Source: Acidimicrobiales bacterium
GTDB lineage: Bacteria > Actinomycetota > Acidimicrobiia > Acidimicrobiales > Bog-793
DNA length: 64,000 bases
Direction: 5' to 3'
NCBI GenBank assembly: GCA_050015475.1
Contig: JBEKBI010000011.1
Location: 8,135 to 72,134, forward strand
The notes beneath the pieces were generated by a model. The model saw only the letters and a program-made list of their open reading frames with translations. It was not told the origin of the DNA and ran no database searches. Positions 35,045 to 43,300 of the stretch are shown here, piece by piece; position 1 is the stretch's first letter; every line of letters begins with the position of its first letter. The position numbers and the translations under genes are program-made.

Positions 35045-36300
35045 CAGGTCCTTTCGTCTTCGATTGGGGCTCGGAGCCAAGCGACGGGCTGGCCACGGGT
35101 GATGCGCTCGCCGGGAATGGCGAGGAGCCCCTCGAGGGTGCCGGCAAAGGCGGAGCGCACCTCGGTCACCCCGACGGTACCGAGCAAGTCGCCCACCTCG
35201 ACGCGGACCGGGTCTGCGTGTGGTTCCGTGGCCCCCGGCAGGTAGGCGCGTAGTCCCTCGGCCGGCTCGAACAGCCCGACGGCAGATGACACCACGAGAC
35301 GCTCGGTTATGTGGAAGCGCTCGCCCGCGGGCGCCGCCCCGACCGTGCCTCCGGCGAGTATCTCAACGAGGTGGGCAAGGTCCTCGGGCGTCGATACCGA
35401 CACTCCGATGGTGTCGGTGGTCGGAGCCACGCGCCGCAACAAGCCTGTCAGTACGCTGCCAGGTCCCAGCTCGACGAAGGTCTGCATTCCTTCTCCGAGA
35501 AGAGTGTCGAGCGACTGGTGCCAGCGGACCGGGCTGCACAGTTGGGACGAGAGCAGCTGCGGCCACTCCTTCGGATCGCCGTGGAGGTGGGCGTCCACGT
35601 TCGCCACGACCACCGGATCGAGCGCGTGGAAGGTTGTTGCCTTGAGCGCCTTGCGGAGTCGGTCCCGCGCGCTTGCCATGAGGGGGGTGTGAAAAGCGCC
35701 TCCGACCTGGATTGGGAGAACGCGCTTGGCTCCGAGTTCTTTAGCGATGGCGCTCAGCTCGCCGAGGGCCTCGGAAGTACCGGCGACGATGACATTCCCG
35801 GGGGCGTTGAAGTTCGCTATCCAGGCATCTCCGTCGACGCGGCGGCAAGCGGTCTCGACGTCCTCGTCGTCCAGACCGAGAACCGCGACCATCGTCCCGG
35901 GAGAGGCTTCGGCCGCGTCTTGCATGGCCAAGCCCCGCTCCGAGACGAGGCGGATGCCGTCCTCGAAACCGAGCGAACCGGCGGCGACGAGGGCAGAGTA
36001 CTCGCCGAGGCTGTGCCCGGCGCAGGCGGATGGCTCGACGCCGACTCTCTCGGCGGCATCCAGCACGACCAGGCTCAAGACGAACGTGGCCATTTGGGCG
36101 TTGTCCGTCCTCGTCAAGGTCTCCTGGTCTGCCTCCAACAGGAGGTGGGCGATGTCACGCCCCGCGACTTCGGAAGCGAGCGCGACGAGCTCGAACGAGG
36201 GGTGGTCAACCCAGGCGGCTCCCATGCCAGGTCGCTGTGATCCTTGGCCTGGGAATGTGAACGCCAGCAACCCTTGCCTTTCCCTTTCCGGGACGGGCAC
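35044..36300 (-). CDS. fabD: malonyl-CoA:ACP transacylase fused to a C-terminal biotinyl/lipoyl-like barrel domain lacking the modifiable lysine
   Basis: FTFPGQGSQ, GHSLGEYSA and GAFHTPLM define FabD (about residues 1-305). Residues about 326-410 align by eye to a BCCP biotinyl domain, with no MKM lysine. GTG 36300 (alternative TTG 36270). Confidence 0.85.
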   Translation of the reverse strand: MPVPERERQGLLAFTFPGQGSQRPGMGAAWVDHPSFELVALASEVAGRDIAHLLLEADQETLTRTDNAQMATFVLSLVVLDAAERVGVEPSACAGHSLGEYSALVAAGSLGFEDGIRLVSERGLAMQDAAEASPGTMVAVLGLDDEDVETACRRVDGDAWIANFNAPGNVIVAGTSEALGELSAIAKELGAKRVLPIQVGGAFHTPLMASARDRLRKALKATTFHALDPVVVANVDAHLHGDPKEWPQLLSSQLCSPVRWHQSLDTLLGEGMQTFVELGPGSVLTGLLRRVAPTTDTIGVSVSTPEDLAHLVEILAGGTVGAAPAGERFHITERLVVSSAVGLFEPAEGLRAYLPGATEPHADPVRVEVGDLLGTVGVTEVRSAFAGTLEGLLAIPGERITRGQPVAWLRAPIEDERT

Positions 36301-36361
36301 CGTGCCCGGATGTGCCCCCCGTGAGTAAGACCTCGTGAGACCTCAATCGGTTACAAGTCCA

Positions 36362-37168
36362 TCACGCGATTGCAAGTGTGGCGCGCAGCGGCCGGTGATC
36401 GGAGTTGCCCAGGGCGGGGGAGTCGCCCGAGACGACCTGCACCGCCCTGGTGACGAAGATGTGATCGATCTGGCTATGGGCTCGCCAGCTGGGATAGGTC
36501 CGTGCCCGCACGGCCCGCCGCCAACCGGGGAAGGCGAGCGAAAGAGGAGGCCCCCAGAAGTTCATGTCACCGAGGAGGACCCCGGGTTCGCTTGGGTGGG
36601 GGAGCGACTGGCGGAGCCGGGCCACGAGGATGGGAGACCCGTGTACGAAGTGGGCAAGATGCGTTCCGGCGACAGTGACGACCGAGGCGCCGACGGTGAC
36701 CTCGGCCACGATGACCGCCCTCGTCTTGCCGCGGTCCCTGCTCAGCTGGCCGAGCTCGACGGCCTCCACTCGCCGGACCGGCAGGCGCGACAGCAAGGCG
36801 ATGCCCCATTCGCCTTTCTGGGTGTCACCCTCAGCGCCGATGGTGGGCAACCGCCCTAGCTCTTCGGCGCCGGCGACGCGGAGCCTCCTCGTCTCGGCAG
36901 TGCCTCCACGCCGCGGGCCCCAGCCCACGCCAGGGGTTGTCGGTGGCCCAGTCAGCAACGCATCGGAGAGATGAGCTTGATGGGCCTCATAGCCGAGGGC
37001 CGCCGCCACCGACGCCGCAATGCCCTCTTCGCCCTCGGGTGTCCAGGCCTCTTCAAGGACCAGCACGTCCGCATCGAGCTTTTCGCAGCTTGCGACAACG
37101 TCGAACGGCCTGCCCCATCCGTCTACGCCCGCGTGGATGTTGAAGGTAGCAACGACGAACTCCGCCAT
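36362..37168 (-). CDS. endonuclease/exonuclease/phosphatase (EEP) family protein
   Basis: VATFNIHAG, LVLEE, GDMNFW and the C-terminal SDHRPLRATL motifs. Its stop lies 61 nt upstream of fabD on the same strand. Confidence 0.85.
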   Translation of the reverse strand: MAEFVVATFNIHAGVDGWGRPFDVVASCEKLDADVLVLEEAWTPEGEEGIAASVAAALGYEAHQAHLSDALLTGPPTTPGVGWGPRRGGTAETRRLRVAGAEELGRLPTIGAEGDTQKGEWGIALLSRLPVRRVEAVELGQLSRDRGKTRAVIVAEVTVGASVVTVAGTHLAHFVHGSPILVARLRQSLPHPSEPGVLLGDMNFWGPPLSLAFPGWRRAVRARTYPSWRAHSQIDHIFVTRAVQVVSGDSPALGNSDHRPLRATLAIA

Positions 37169-37272
37169 TAGCGGGCGAGGCTACCGGGCGGGTGTTCGCG
37201 AGTGCGTTCGGCGTGAGGCCGCGATGCGCGTCGAGTCGGGCTGTCGTGGATCGAGCGTGGTCCCGAGCGCTC

Positions 37273-37722
37273 TCAGGTGCCCTGGAAAAGAGCTCGCAAA
37301 TCGAGCGACGGGACGTGCTCATGGCTCGCCAGGGACACATAGGTCCTCGCGAGCGCGTCCTTGCCGACGCCGAGGACGGTCGACAACAGGCCGAGTGACT
37401 CCACGAGCTCCTTGGCGGGCACTGCCTCGGCGACGTGCCTCCACATCGACTCCTCGAGGACGTTGAAAGCGGTCTGCACCTCTTCGATGCCGAACCCGCT
37501 CGCGAAGCGTTCGCGGCCGATGTGCTCGGCGTACTTGATGACCTGATCGAGCTTCCGGTCCCGGATGGCCGCCACGACCGTGTCGAACAGACTCTCGAGC
37601 CGCACCCTCAGACCCTCGGCCCCGGAGGTTTCGTAATGGCCGGCGTGGGACCGGTTGAGCCCTTCGGTGACCTCGCCCAGGATCTCGGCCCTGGCTTCGC
37701 TCAGTACGGACAGGAGTTTCAT
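37273..37722 (-). CDS. stand-alone RsbRD-N-like (non-haem globin-type sensor) domain protein
   Basis: 149-aa all-helical ORF. The pattern ...RERFASGFGIEEVQTAFNVLEESMWRHV... resembles the RsbR/RsbRD N-terminal domain. The assignment is from memory only. Confidence 0.5.
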   Translation of the reverse strand: MKLLSVLSEARAEILGEVTEGLNRSHAGHYETSGAEGLRVRLESLFDTVVAAIRDRKLDQVIKYAEHIGRERFASGFGIEEVQTAFNVLEESMWRHVAEAVPAKELVESLGLLSTVLGVGKDALARTYVSLASHEHVPSLDLRALFQGT

Positions 37723-37915
37723 GGCCTCATTCCAATCCTCGGCTCACGCGCCCTCGTCCCTGTTGCTGTGTGACGACGGTCCAATGATTACCGGACCTGG
37801 GCTTGAGGGAAAGTCCCAATCGACTGCCGCCCGGCCGGGGCAGCCCGCGACCCAACGGGCGCTCACCGGCACGGCGGCGGTGCGCGCCGCCCGGCTGGTC
37901 GGTAGGGTCCCGATC

Positions 37916-38125
37916 ATGAGACTGAGTGCAAGGAACCAGCTGGACGGCGAAGTAGTGCGCGTGGATCACGGGGCGGTGATGTCGACGGTCTTGGTGCGCC
38001 TCACCGGTGGCCAGGAAGTCGTGTCGGCCATCACCCGAGACTCGGCCGAGAGTCTCGGCTTGGCGAAGGGCGATGTAGTGAAGGTCGTGTTCAAGGCCAC
38101 CGAGGTAATGATCGGGAAGGACTGA
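37916..38125 (+). CDS. molybdopterin-binding (Mop/TOBE) domain protein
   Basis: 69 aa: MRLSARNQLDGEVVRVDHGAVMSTVLVRLTGGQEVVSAITRDSAESLGLAKGDVVKVVFKATEVMI, the classic Mop/TOBE signature. Confidence 0.85.
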   Translation: MRLSARNQLDGEVVRVDHGAVMSTVLVRLTGGQEVVSAITRDSAESLGLAKGDVVKVVFKATEVMIGKD

Positions 38126-38206
38126 AACGGCCGTGAGAGCGCGGGCACGCTCAGCAACCTCAGGCGGTGCCTCCCCGTCCGTGCGAGGGACAGTCCCGGT
38201 GTCGCT

Positions 38207-38854
38207 TCAGTGCTTGGGGAGCCTTGCCACGGCTTTGCGCATCTCGGACTTGACGAGCTGGATACTGGGCGAGCCGATATCGCCGCAGAACCCGACGACC
38301 ACCTGGTTAGCCCTGTAGGCGACCACCAAATCGAAGCCCACGCCGAATCCCTCGACGCTTCCGGACGCCTGAAAGGCGGCGGAGTTGGTCCCGAGCCGCG
38401 GGAACCTGAGGTGGCTGACCCGAAAGGTGAACCCGTTCTCACTGAAGGATTTGCAGTGGTTGAGTCTCGTGACGTCCCTCGCGAACAAGTGGGAGGTGGC
38501 GGTCTTATAGCCCATGATGAACTCGTAGAAGATCGGCGTCATGCCGTTGTTGAAACCGGCCTTCGCTGTACCAGTCGTCGAGGCCTTGAGATGGCCAGAG
38601 ATTCCGCAGAAGGCCTCCCGGGCGTAGCTCACCTCCACGTTCGTCGCTGACCATCCGGACGGGAACTGCTTAACGGTGAGAAGCTCCTTGGCGAGCTGAG
38701 CCGAGGTCGGGCCCCGGGGAGCCGGCTTCGCGACAGTGAGGGGGACGCTTGTGTAGATCCTCGGCGTGGCCGTGGTCGTTGCTGCCTCAGCGGCGGAGAT
38801 CCCGCACGTCGTAAGGGCAGTCGCTGCCAGCGCGAGGGCGATGATGCGCTTCAC
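38207..38854 (-). CDS. putative lipoprotein of unknown function
   Basis: GTG 38854 is preceded by GAGGAGG. It has a signal peptide with a lipobox (ALAATALTTC-G). The 448-aa track ORF is an artefactual extension that runs through the tRNA. Confidence 0.75.
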   Translation of the reverse strand: MKRIIALALAATALTTCGISAAEAATTTATPRIYTSVPLTVAKPAPRGPTSAQLAKELLTVKQFPSGWSATNVEVSYAREAFCGISGHLKASTTGTAKAGFNNGMTPIFYEFIMGYKTATSHLFARDVTRLNHCKSFSENGFTFRVSHLRFPRLGTNSAAFQASGSVEGFGVGFDLVVAYRANQVVVGFCGDIGSPSIQLVKSEMRKAVARLPKH

Positions 38855-39069
38855 TCCGACCTCCTCAGTCTCGGCGGCTTGCACTGAAGTCTTTCGGCAC
38901 TTTCCGAGTGCCGACTGAGCGCGTCCATCGAACCAGGGCAAGTCTGCACCTGTCTGCGAGGCCGCGGCTGTCGCTGGTGCCCGACAGCGTCGAGGAGCGC
39001 TCCGGACAGCCAGGTCGCGTGGAAATGACTCCGCACGTGCTTCCAGCAACTCGCTGAGCAGGGGGAACT

Positions 39070-39155
39070 TGGTGCCCGGAGCGGGACTTGAACCCGCACG
39101 TCCTTGCGGACAACGGCTTTTGAGGCCGCCGCGTCTGCCATTCCGCCATCCGGGC
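39070..39155 (-). tRNA. tRNA-Leu (anticodon CAA), CCA encoded
   Basis: The reverse complement folds as a cloverleaf by hand. Acceptor GCCCGGA/TCCGGGC, anticodon stem GCGGC/GCCGT, loop CTCAAAA, long variable arm GTCC-GCAA-GGAC, T-arm GCGGG-TTCAAGT-CCCGC, then ACCA. Confidence 0.9.
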
Positions 39156-39221
39156 CGGCAGGGCGAGCGTAGCTGGCCGGAGGCGTGCCGAGCGCCCGTC
39201 GAACCTGCAAATCTGAACGTG

Positions 39222-41378
39222 ATGGGAGACGGCGCGCCGAGCCACTCGATCAAGACCGCTGAGGCGCCTCCACGCGGCCTCAAAGGAGCGCTTCGACCGG
39301 CGGAGCTGGCGGAGGCGGTGGTCTTCGCCGATCTCGGGCTTGTCCTCGAGGTGCTTGGTTGGTACGTGCCGGTCCTGGGCACCGTCTTCCAGGCCCTGGC
39401 GGTCGTCCCTTTCGCGGCGCTCGCTGGGCGGAGGCGGGCGAGGGCATCGGTGGTGGCGATCCTTGCCGCGGGAGCGGTCGCCTTCCTCGTCGGGGGTGTG
39501 GGGATCGTCGTGGAGACCGCCGTCGCAGGCGCGCTCGGGATGGCCATCGGCACCGCCTACCGGAGGCGCTGGACCCCGGCTACAGCAGTTCTTGTCGCGA
39601 CAGCCACCGCCGGGGTCCCGATCGCGGGCATCTCGGTGGCGGCGGCGGGAGTGTCACCCGGGCTCCGTCGCCTCGGCTTCGCCCAGCTCGAGATCATCTG
39701 GCGGGACCTGAGGGCCTTGCTCAAGCTGGTCGGCCTCAAGTCGCTCGTGTCGTGGGGGAACACGGCTCTCGCCTGGGTCATCGACCACTGGTGGATGACG
39801 GTGCCGGTCTTCGAGCTCGTTACAGTCGTGCTCGCAGCAGCACTTTGCGCGCACTACCTCTGGCCGCTGCTGGCGAGGATCGAACGTGACTCCCCAGTCC
39901 CGGTGGTCACCTCTCCCGGCCCCGGCACCCGATCGGCCGTCGTCCCACCCTTTCCGGCGGGCCTAGCTGATCCCGGCTGGTCGCCGGTTCCCGTAGAGCT
40001 CGACCGAGTGTCGTTCCAGTACCCCGGTAGCGCCACGTGGGCGGTCGAGGAAGTCTCGATGCGCATCGGACCGGGGACCTTGCTCGCTGTCGTTGGCCCC
40101 AACGGCTCGGGGAAGTCGACGCTCGTGCGGCTCATAGCCGGGCGCCTGTCGCCGACGCGCGGCGAGGTGAGGCGGGCGGGCGATCCCGGGCTTGGCTTGC
40201 CGGGGGGCACGTCCATGGTCTTCCAGCGGCCCGAGAGCCAGGTTCTCGGGGTCCGCGCCCGAGACGACGTGGCCTGGGGCCTGCCGGCAAGACCGGTGGT
40301 CGATGTGAAGGGGCTGCTAGCGCGGGTGGGGCTAGCCGGTTTCGCAGAGCGTGAGACAGCTGGCCTGTCCGGGGGAGAGCTGCAGCGTCTCGCGATCGCT
40401 GCCTGTCTCGCCCGTCGTCCGCGTCTTCTCATTTCCGACGAGGCGACGGCGATGATCGACCAGCCGGGGAGAGTGGCAGTCGTCACGCTCCTCGAGTCGC
40501 TTGCGGCCGCGGGGATCACGATCGTTCATGTGACGCACCGCGAGAGCGAGGCAGCTCATGCGGACGCGGCTATCAAGCTGCTCGACGGACGGTTGGCAGC
40601 GCCGAATCTGAAGCCCGCTGATGAAGAGGAGGGATCGCAAGCCGAGGCGCTCACGGATAAAGGCAACGATTTTGTGACATCCACCTTGAGATCGCTGTCG
40701 TACTGGGAGCGACCCGCCGAGAGGCTGCTGCTCCGGGTGAGAGAGCTCGGCTACGTCTACGCGAAGGGCACTCCGTGGGCACGCCGCGCCCTCGAGACCG
40801 TCGACCTCGACCTGCGCCGCGGCGAGGGCATCGTGATCACTGGGGGGAACGGGTCGGGCAAGTCGACGCTCGCCTGGGTGCTGGCGGGTCTGCTGGCGCC
40901 GAGTGAGGGCGAGGTGCTGCTCGACGGTGAGCCGGTCATCGCCGGCACGGGTGCTGTCGGGATCTCCTTCCAGCACGCCCGCCTCCAGCTGATCCGCCCG
41001 ACGGTGATGGCGGACGTCGCCTACGGGGCGGACGAGGAGCGGGCCGCCGCCGCGCTTCGGTCCGTGGCGCTCGAGCCTGAGGAGATCGGCCCAAGGCGGG
41101 TGGACGAGCTGTCCGGGGGAGAACAGCGCTGCGTCGCCCTCGCGGGCTTGTTGGCTTGCGATCCCGTGCTTCTCGTGCTGGATGAGCCCTACGCGGGGTT
41201 GGACGACGAAGCGAGAGCAGCGTTGGCGGCAATCCTGGCCCGGCTTCGTCACGAGAGGGAAGTGGCCACCGTCGTCGTCTCCCACGACCTGGACAACACC
41301 GAGCTTCTCGGCGACCGGCTCATAGCTCTCGAGGCGGGCCGGATAGTCGGTGAACGTGCGCTACGGGGCGGAACATGA
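39222..41378 (+). CDS. ECF-type transporter protein: N-terminal multi-pass membrane domain fused to tandem ATPase (EcfA-EcfA') domains
   Basis: About 250 aa with 5-6 hydrophobic helices, followed by two ABC modules. The modules carry Walker A GPNGSGKST and GGNGSGKST, signatures LSGGELQR and LSGGEQRC, and Walker B LLISDEA and LLVLDEP. Start is ATG 39222, just after the tRNA. Confidence 0.85.
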   Translation: MGDGAPSHSIKTAEAPPRGLKGALRPAELAEAVVFADLGLVLEVLGWYVPVLGTVFQALAVVPFAALAGRRRARASVVAILAAGAVAFLVGGVGIVVETAVAGALGMAIGTAYRRRWTPATAVLVATATAGVPIAGISVAAAGVSPGLRRLGFAQLEIIWRDLRALLKLVGLKSLVSWGNTALAWVIDHWWMTVPVFELVTVVLAAALCAHYLWPLLARIERDSPVPVVTSPGPGTRSAVVPPFPAGLADPGWSPVPVELDRVSFQYPGSATWAVEEVSMRIGPGTLLAVVGPNGSGKSTLVRLIAGRLSPTRGEVRRAGDPGLGLPGGTSMVFQRPESQVLGVRARDDVAWGLPARPVVDVKGLLARVGLAGFAERETAGLSGGELQRLAIAACLARRPRLLISDEATAMIDQPGRVAVVTLLESLAAAGITIVHVTHRESEAAHADAAIKLLDGRLAAPNLKPADEEEGSQAEALTDKGNDFVTSTLRSLSYWERPAERLLLRVRELGYVYAKGTPWARRALETVDLDLRRGEGIVITGGNGSGKSTLAWVLAGLLAPSEGEVLLDGEPVIAGTGAVGISFQHARLQLIRPTVMADVAYGADEERAAAALRSVALEPEEIGPRRVDELSGGEQRCVALAGLLACDPVLLVLDEPYAGLDDEARAALAAILARLRHEREVATVVVSHDLDNTELLGDRLIALEAGRIVGERALRGGT

Positions 41379-42232
41379 CGGCGTACGGCCTCGATCGGCT
41401 TCGGCAGTCGCTCAAGGCGAGGAGCGAGAGCTCCCGCTGGCGGCAGCGGGAGCTACGCCTTGGCGAGATCCATATCGCGCGCTTCGTCGACGGCGCGAGC
41501 GCGCTCCACCGCATGTGGGCGGGAACCAAGCTGGTCGTGCTCACGGCGCTGTCGATCAGCGTGCTTCTGCGGCCGTCGTGGAAGTCGGTCGGCGTCATGG
41601 GTGTGCTCATGTTCACGGCTTTCCTGACGGCGCGCCTGCCGCGCGGGATCACTCCGAAGATCCCTTGGTGGCTGATAGCCGCTTTCGTTGCCGGCGCCGC
41701 ACTGGCGCTCGTTTCCGGCGGGTCGCCCCGAATCCACGTCGGCGCTCTCAGGCTCGGCCTCGGAGGGCTCGGCAACTTCACGCGACTGTCGATGGTGGGA
41801 TTTGAGGTGCTGGCGGGTGCCGCCTTGCTCGGGTGGACGACACCGCTCGCCGATCTGTCGCCGGCCCTCGGGAGGCTGCTCGGGCCGTTCCGCCGTGTCC
41901 ATGTGCCTGTCGACGAAGTCGTTGGGGCGATCGCGCTGTCGATTCGGTGCCTGCCGTTGATGCTCGAGGAGGCGAGAGTGATCCGGGCCGCCCGTCGGGC
42001 TCGCCGGCCAGCTGGCCCTCGCAGCTACAGGGAGGTGAGCGACGAGGCGGTGGAAGTGGTCTTCGGTGCTCTCGCCAGCGCCATACGGCGCGCGGGCGAA
42101 ATCGCCGAGGCGATCGAGGTGAGGGGCGGTGTGCCGACAATCGCAACGGAGACCCACAGCCTGGCGCTGATCGACGCGCTCGCGCTGTTCACAGGCGCGG
42201 CGGCGGTCGCTGCCATGGCCCTTCTCCGCTGA
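41375..42232 (+). CDS. ecfT: energy-coupling factor transporter transmembrane (EcfT/CbiQ-family) protein
   Basis: ATGA overlap with the upstream ATPase gene. Multi-pass membrane protein with CbiQ-like topology and a basic coupling region (RVIRAARRARR). Confidence 0.8.
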   Translation: MTAYGLDRLRQSLKARSESSRWRQRELRLGEIHIARFVDGASALHRMWAGTKLVVLTALSISVLLRPSWKSVGVMGVLMFTAFLTARLPRGITPKIPWWLIAAFVAGAALALVSGGSPRIHVGALRLGLGGLGNFTRLSMVGFEVLAGAALLGWTTPLADLSPALGRLLGPFRRVHVPVDEVVGAIALSIRCLPLMLEEARVIRAARRARRPAGPRSYREVSDEAVEVVFGALASAIRRAGEIAEAIEVRGGVPTIATETHSLALIDALALFTGAAAVAAMALLR

Positions 42233-42335
42233 GGGCGCCTTCGGATCTTTCCGGTGCCGACAATCCACCGAGCCCGTGGACGGGTCTTGGTGCCGCGACT
42301 CCTGACACGAACCAGCCCCGCCCTAAGCTCGCTCT

Positions 42336-42620
42336 GTGAAGCGCGACGAGGTGGAGCGCCGCCTCCTCGAGGTCCATGCGCGTCTTCTGCGCGCCCGGCA
42401 AGAGCTCGCCGTGGCCGAGGAGCAGCTCGACGTGTTCCTGGAGACAGCGGATGAGGCGCGCATCCGTTCGCTCGTCGCCGAGACGCCTCTGGCGGACCGG
42501 GAATGGCAGGATGCCCAAAGGCACGCGGATGCCATGCTCCGCGGCAGGGACGCGGCCAGCGCCCGGGTGGCCGAGTTGGAACGCGCCCAGGACGAACTGC
42601 TAGGCAAGCTCGTAGTGTGA
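42336..42620 (+). CDS. small predicted coiled-coil protein
   Basis: 94 aa, heptad-like and Arg/Glu/Leu/Ala-rich. Its stop overlaps a candidate GTG of the next gene. No family recognised. Confidence 0.45.
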   Translation: MKRDEVERRLLEVHARLLRARQELAVAEEQLDVFLETADEARIRSLVAETPLADREWQDAQRHADAMLRGRDAASARVAELERAQDELLGKLVV

Positions 42621-42664
42621 ACGGCGGTTGGACGGTGGCAACAGGCGGCAAAGGAGCGGACCCT

Positions 42665-43270
42665 TTGACTAGGACCGTGGTGATCGCGGAAGACGAGGCC
42701 ATCGTTCGCCTCGACCTGCGCGAGATACTCGAAGAGCAGGGTTTTGAGGTCGTCGGTGAGACAGGGCGCGGGGACGAGGCCGTCGAGCTTGCCAGGAAGC
42801 ACCGCCCCGACCTTGTGATCCTCGACATCAAGATGCCGGGGATGGACGGATTGACGGCGGCCAAGGAGATAAACGTCGACCGGGCCTCGGCCGTGCTCAT
42901 CCTCACGGCCTTCAGCCAGCACGAACTCGTCGCCCAGGCGCGCGACGCCGGGGCCATCGCATACCTCGTGAAGCCTTTCCAGCAAGACGAGCTCTTGCCG
43001 GCCATCGAAGTCGCCCTGGCCCGGTTTGCTGAGATGCAGGCGCTCGAGGCGGAGAACGCCGCCCTGGCGTACGACAAGCGCAATCTCGAGGAAGAGCTTG
43101 AAACACGCCGTTGGGTCGATCGCGCGAAAGGCAAGCTCATGGACGAGCAAGGGATGCGCGAAGGCGATGCGTTCTCCTTCATCCAGCAAACGGCCATGAG
43201 GCAGAGGACGACCATGCGCGAGATAGCGGAGGAGATCATCGCGGGCGAGATCGTCCCCTCGCTGCCTTGA
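42665..43270 (+). CDS. pdtaR: ANTAR-domain response regulator (PdtaR-like)
   Basis: Receiver domain (VVIAEDEAIVRLDL, DLVILDIKMPGMDG, KP) plus ANTAR (ETRRWVDRAKGKLMDEQGM...AFSFIQQTAM). TTG 42665 is 8 nt after AAGGAG. Alternative in-frame GTGs at 42617 and 42635. Confidence 0.85.
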   Translation: MTRTVVIAEDEAIVRLDLREILEEQGFEVVGETGRGDEAVELARKHRPDLVILDIKMPGMDGLTAAKEINVDRASAVLILTAFSQHELVAQARDAGAIAYLVKPFQQDELLPAIEVALARFAEMQALEAENAALAYDKRNLEEELETRRWVDRAKGKLMDEQGMREGDAFSFIQQTAMRQRTTMREIAEEIIAGEIVPSLP

Positions 43271-43300
43271 CGCGCCGTTTCCAGGCGCGCCCGCTTTAGC

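Noticed and set aside
37723-37915. Possible Moco riboswitch in the 193-nt leader of the Mop/TOBE gene.
   Set aside because: I could not recognise the conserved Moco-motif core or a convincing multi-stem fold by eye. Only weak imperfect hairpins are present. An Rfam covariance-model scan would be needed to settle it.
36362-39155. A possible tRNA-Leu-associated genomic island (EEP, sensor-domain, Mop and lipoprotein genes next to the tRNA 3' end).
   Set aside because: There is no integrase or recombinase gene. I could find no direct repeat of the tRNA 3' end and no obvious compositional break. The genes look like ordinary chromosomal accessory genes.
38855-39553. N-terminal 233-aa extension of the lipoprotein ORF (track 38207-39553), and the 39069 start of the ECF ATPase ORF.
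   Set aside because: Both extensions run straight through the tRNA-Leu gene (39070-39155). Good internal starts with SD sequences exist at GTG 38854 and ATG 39222.
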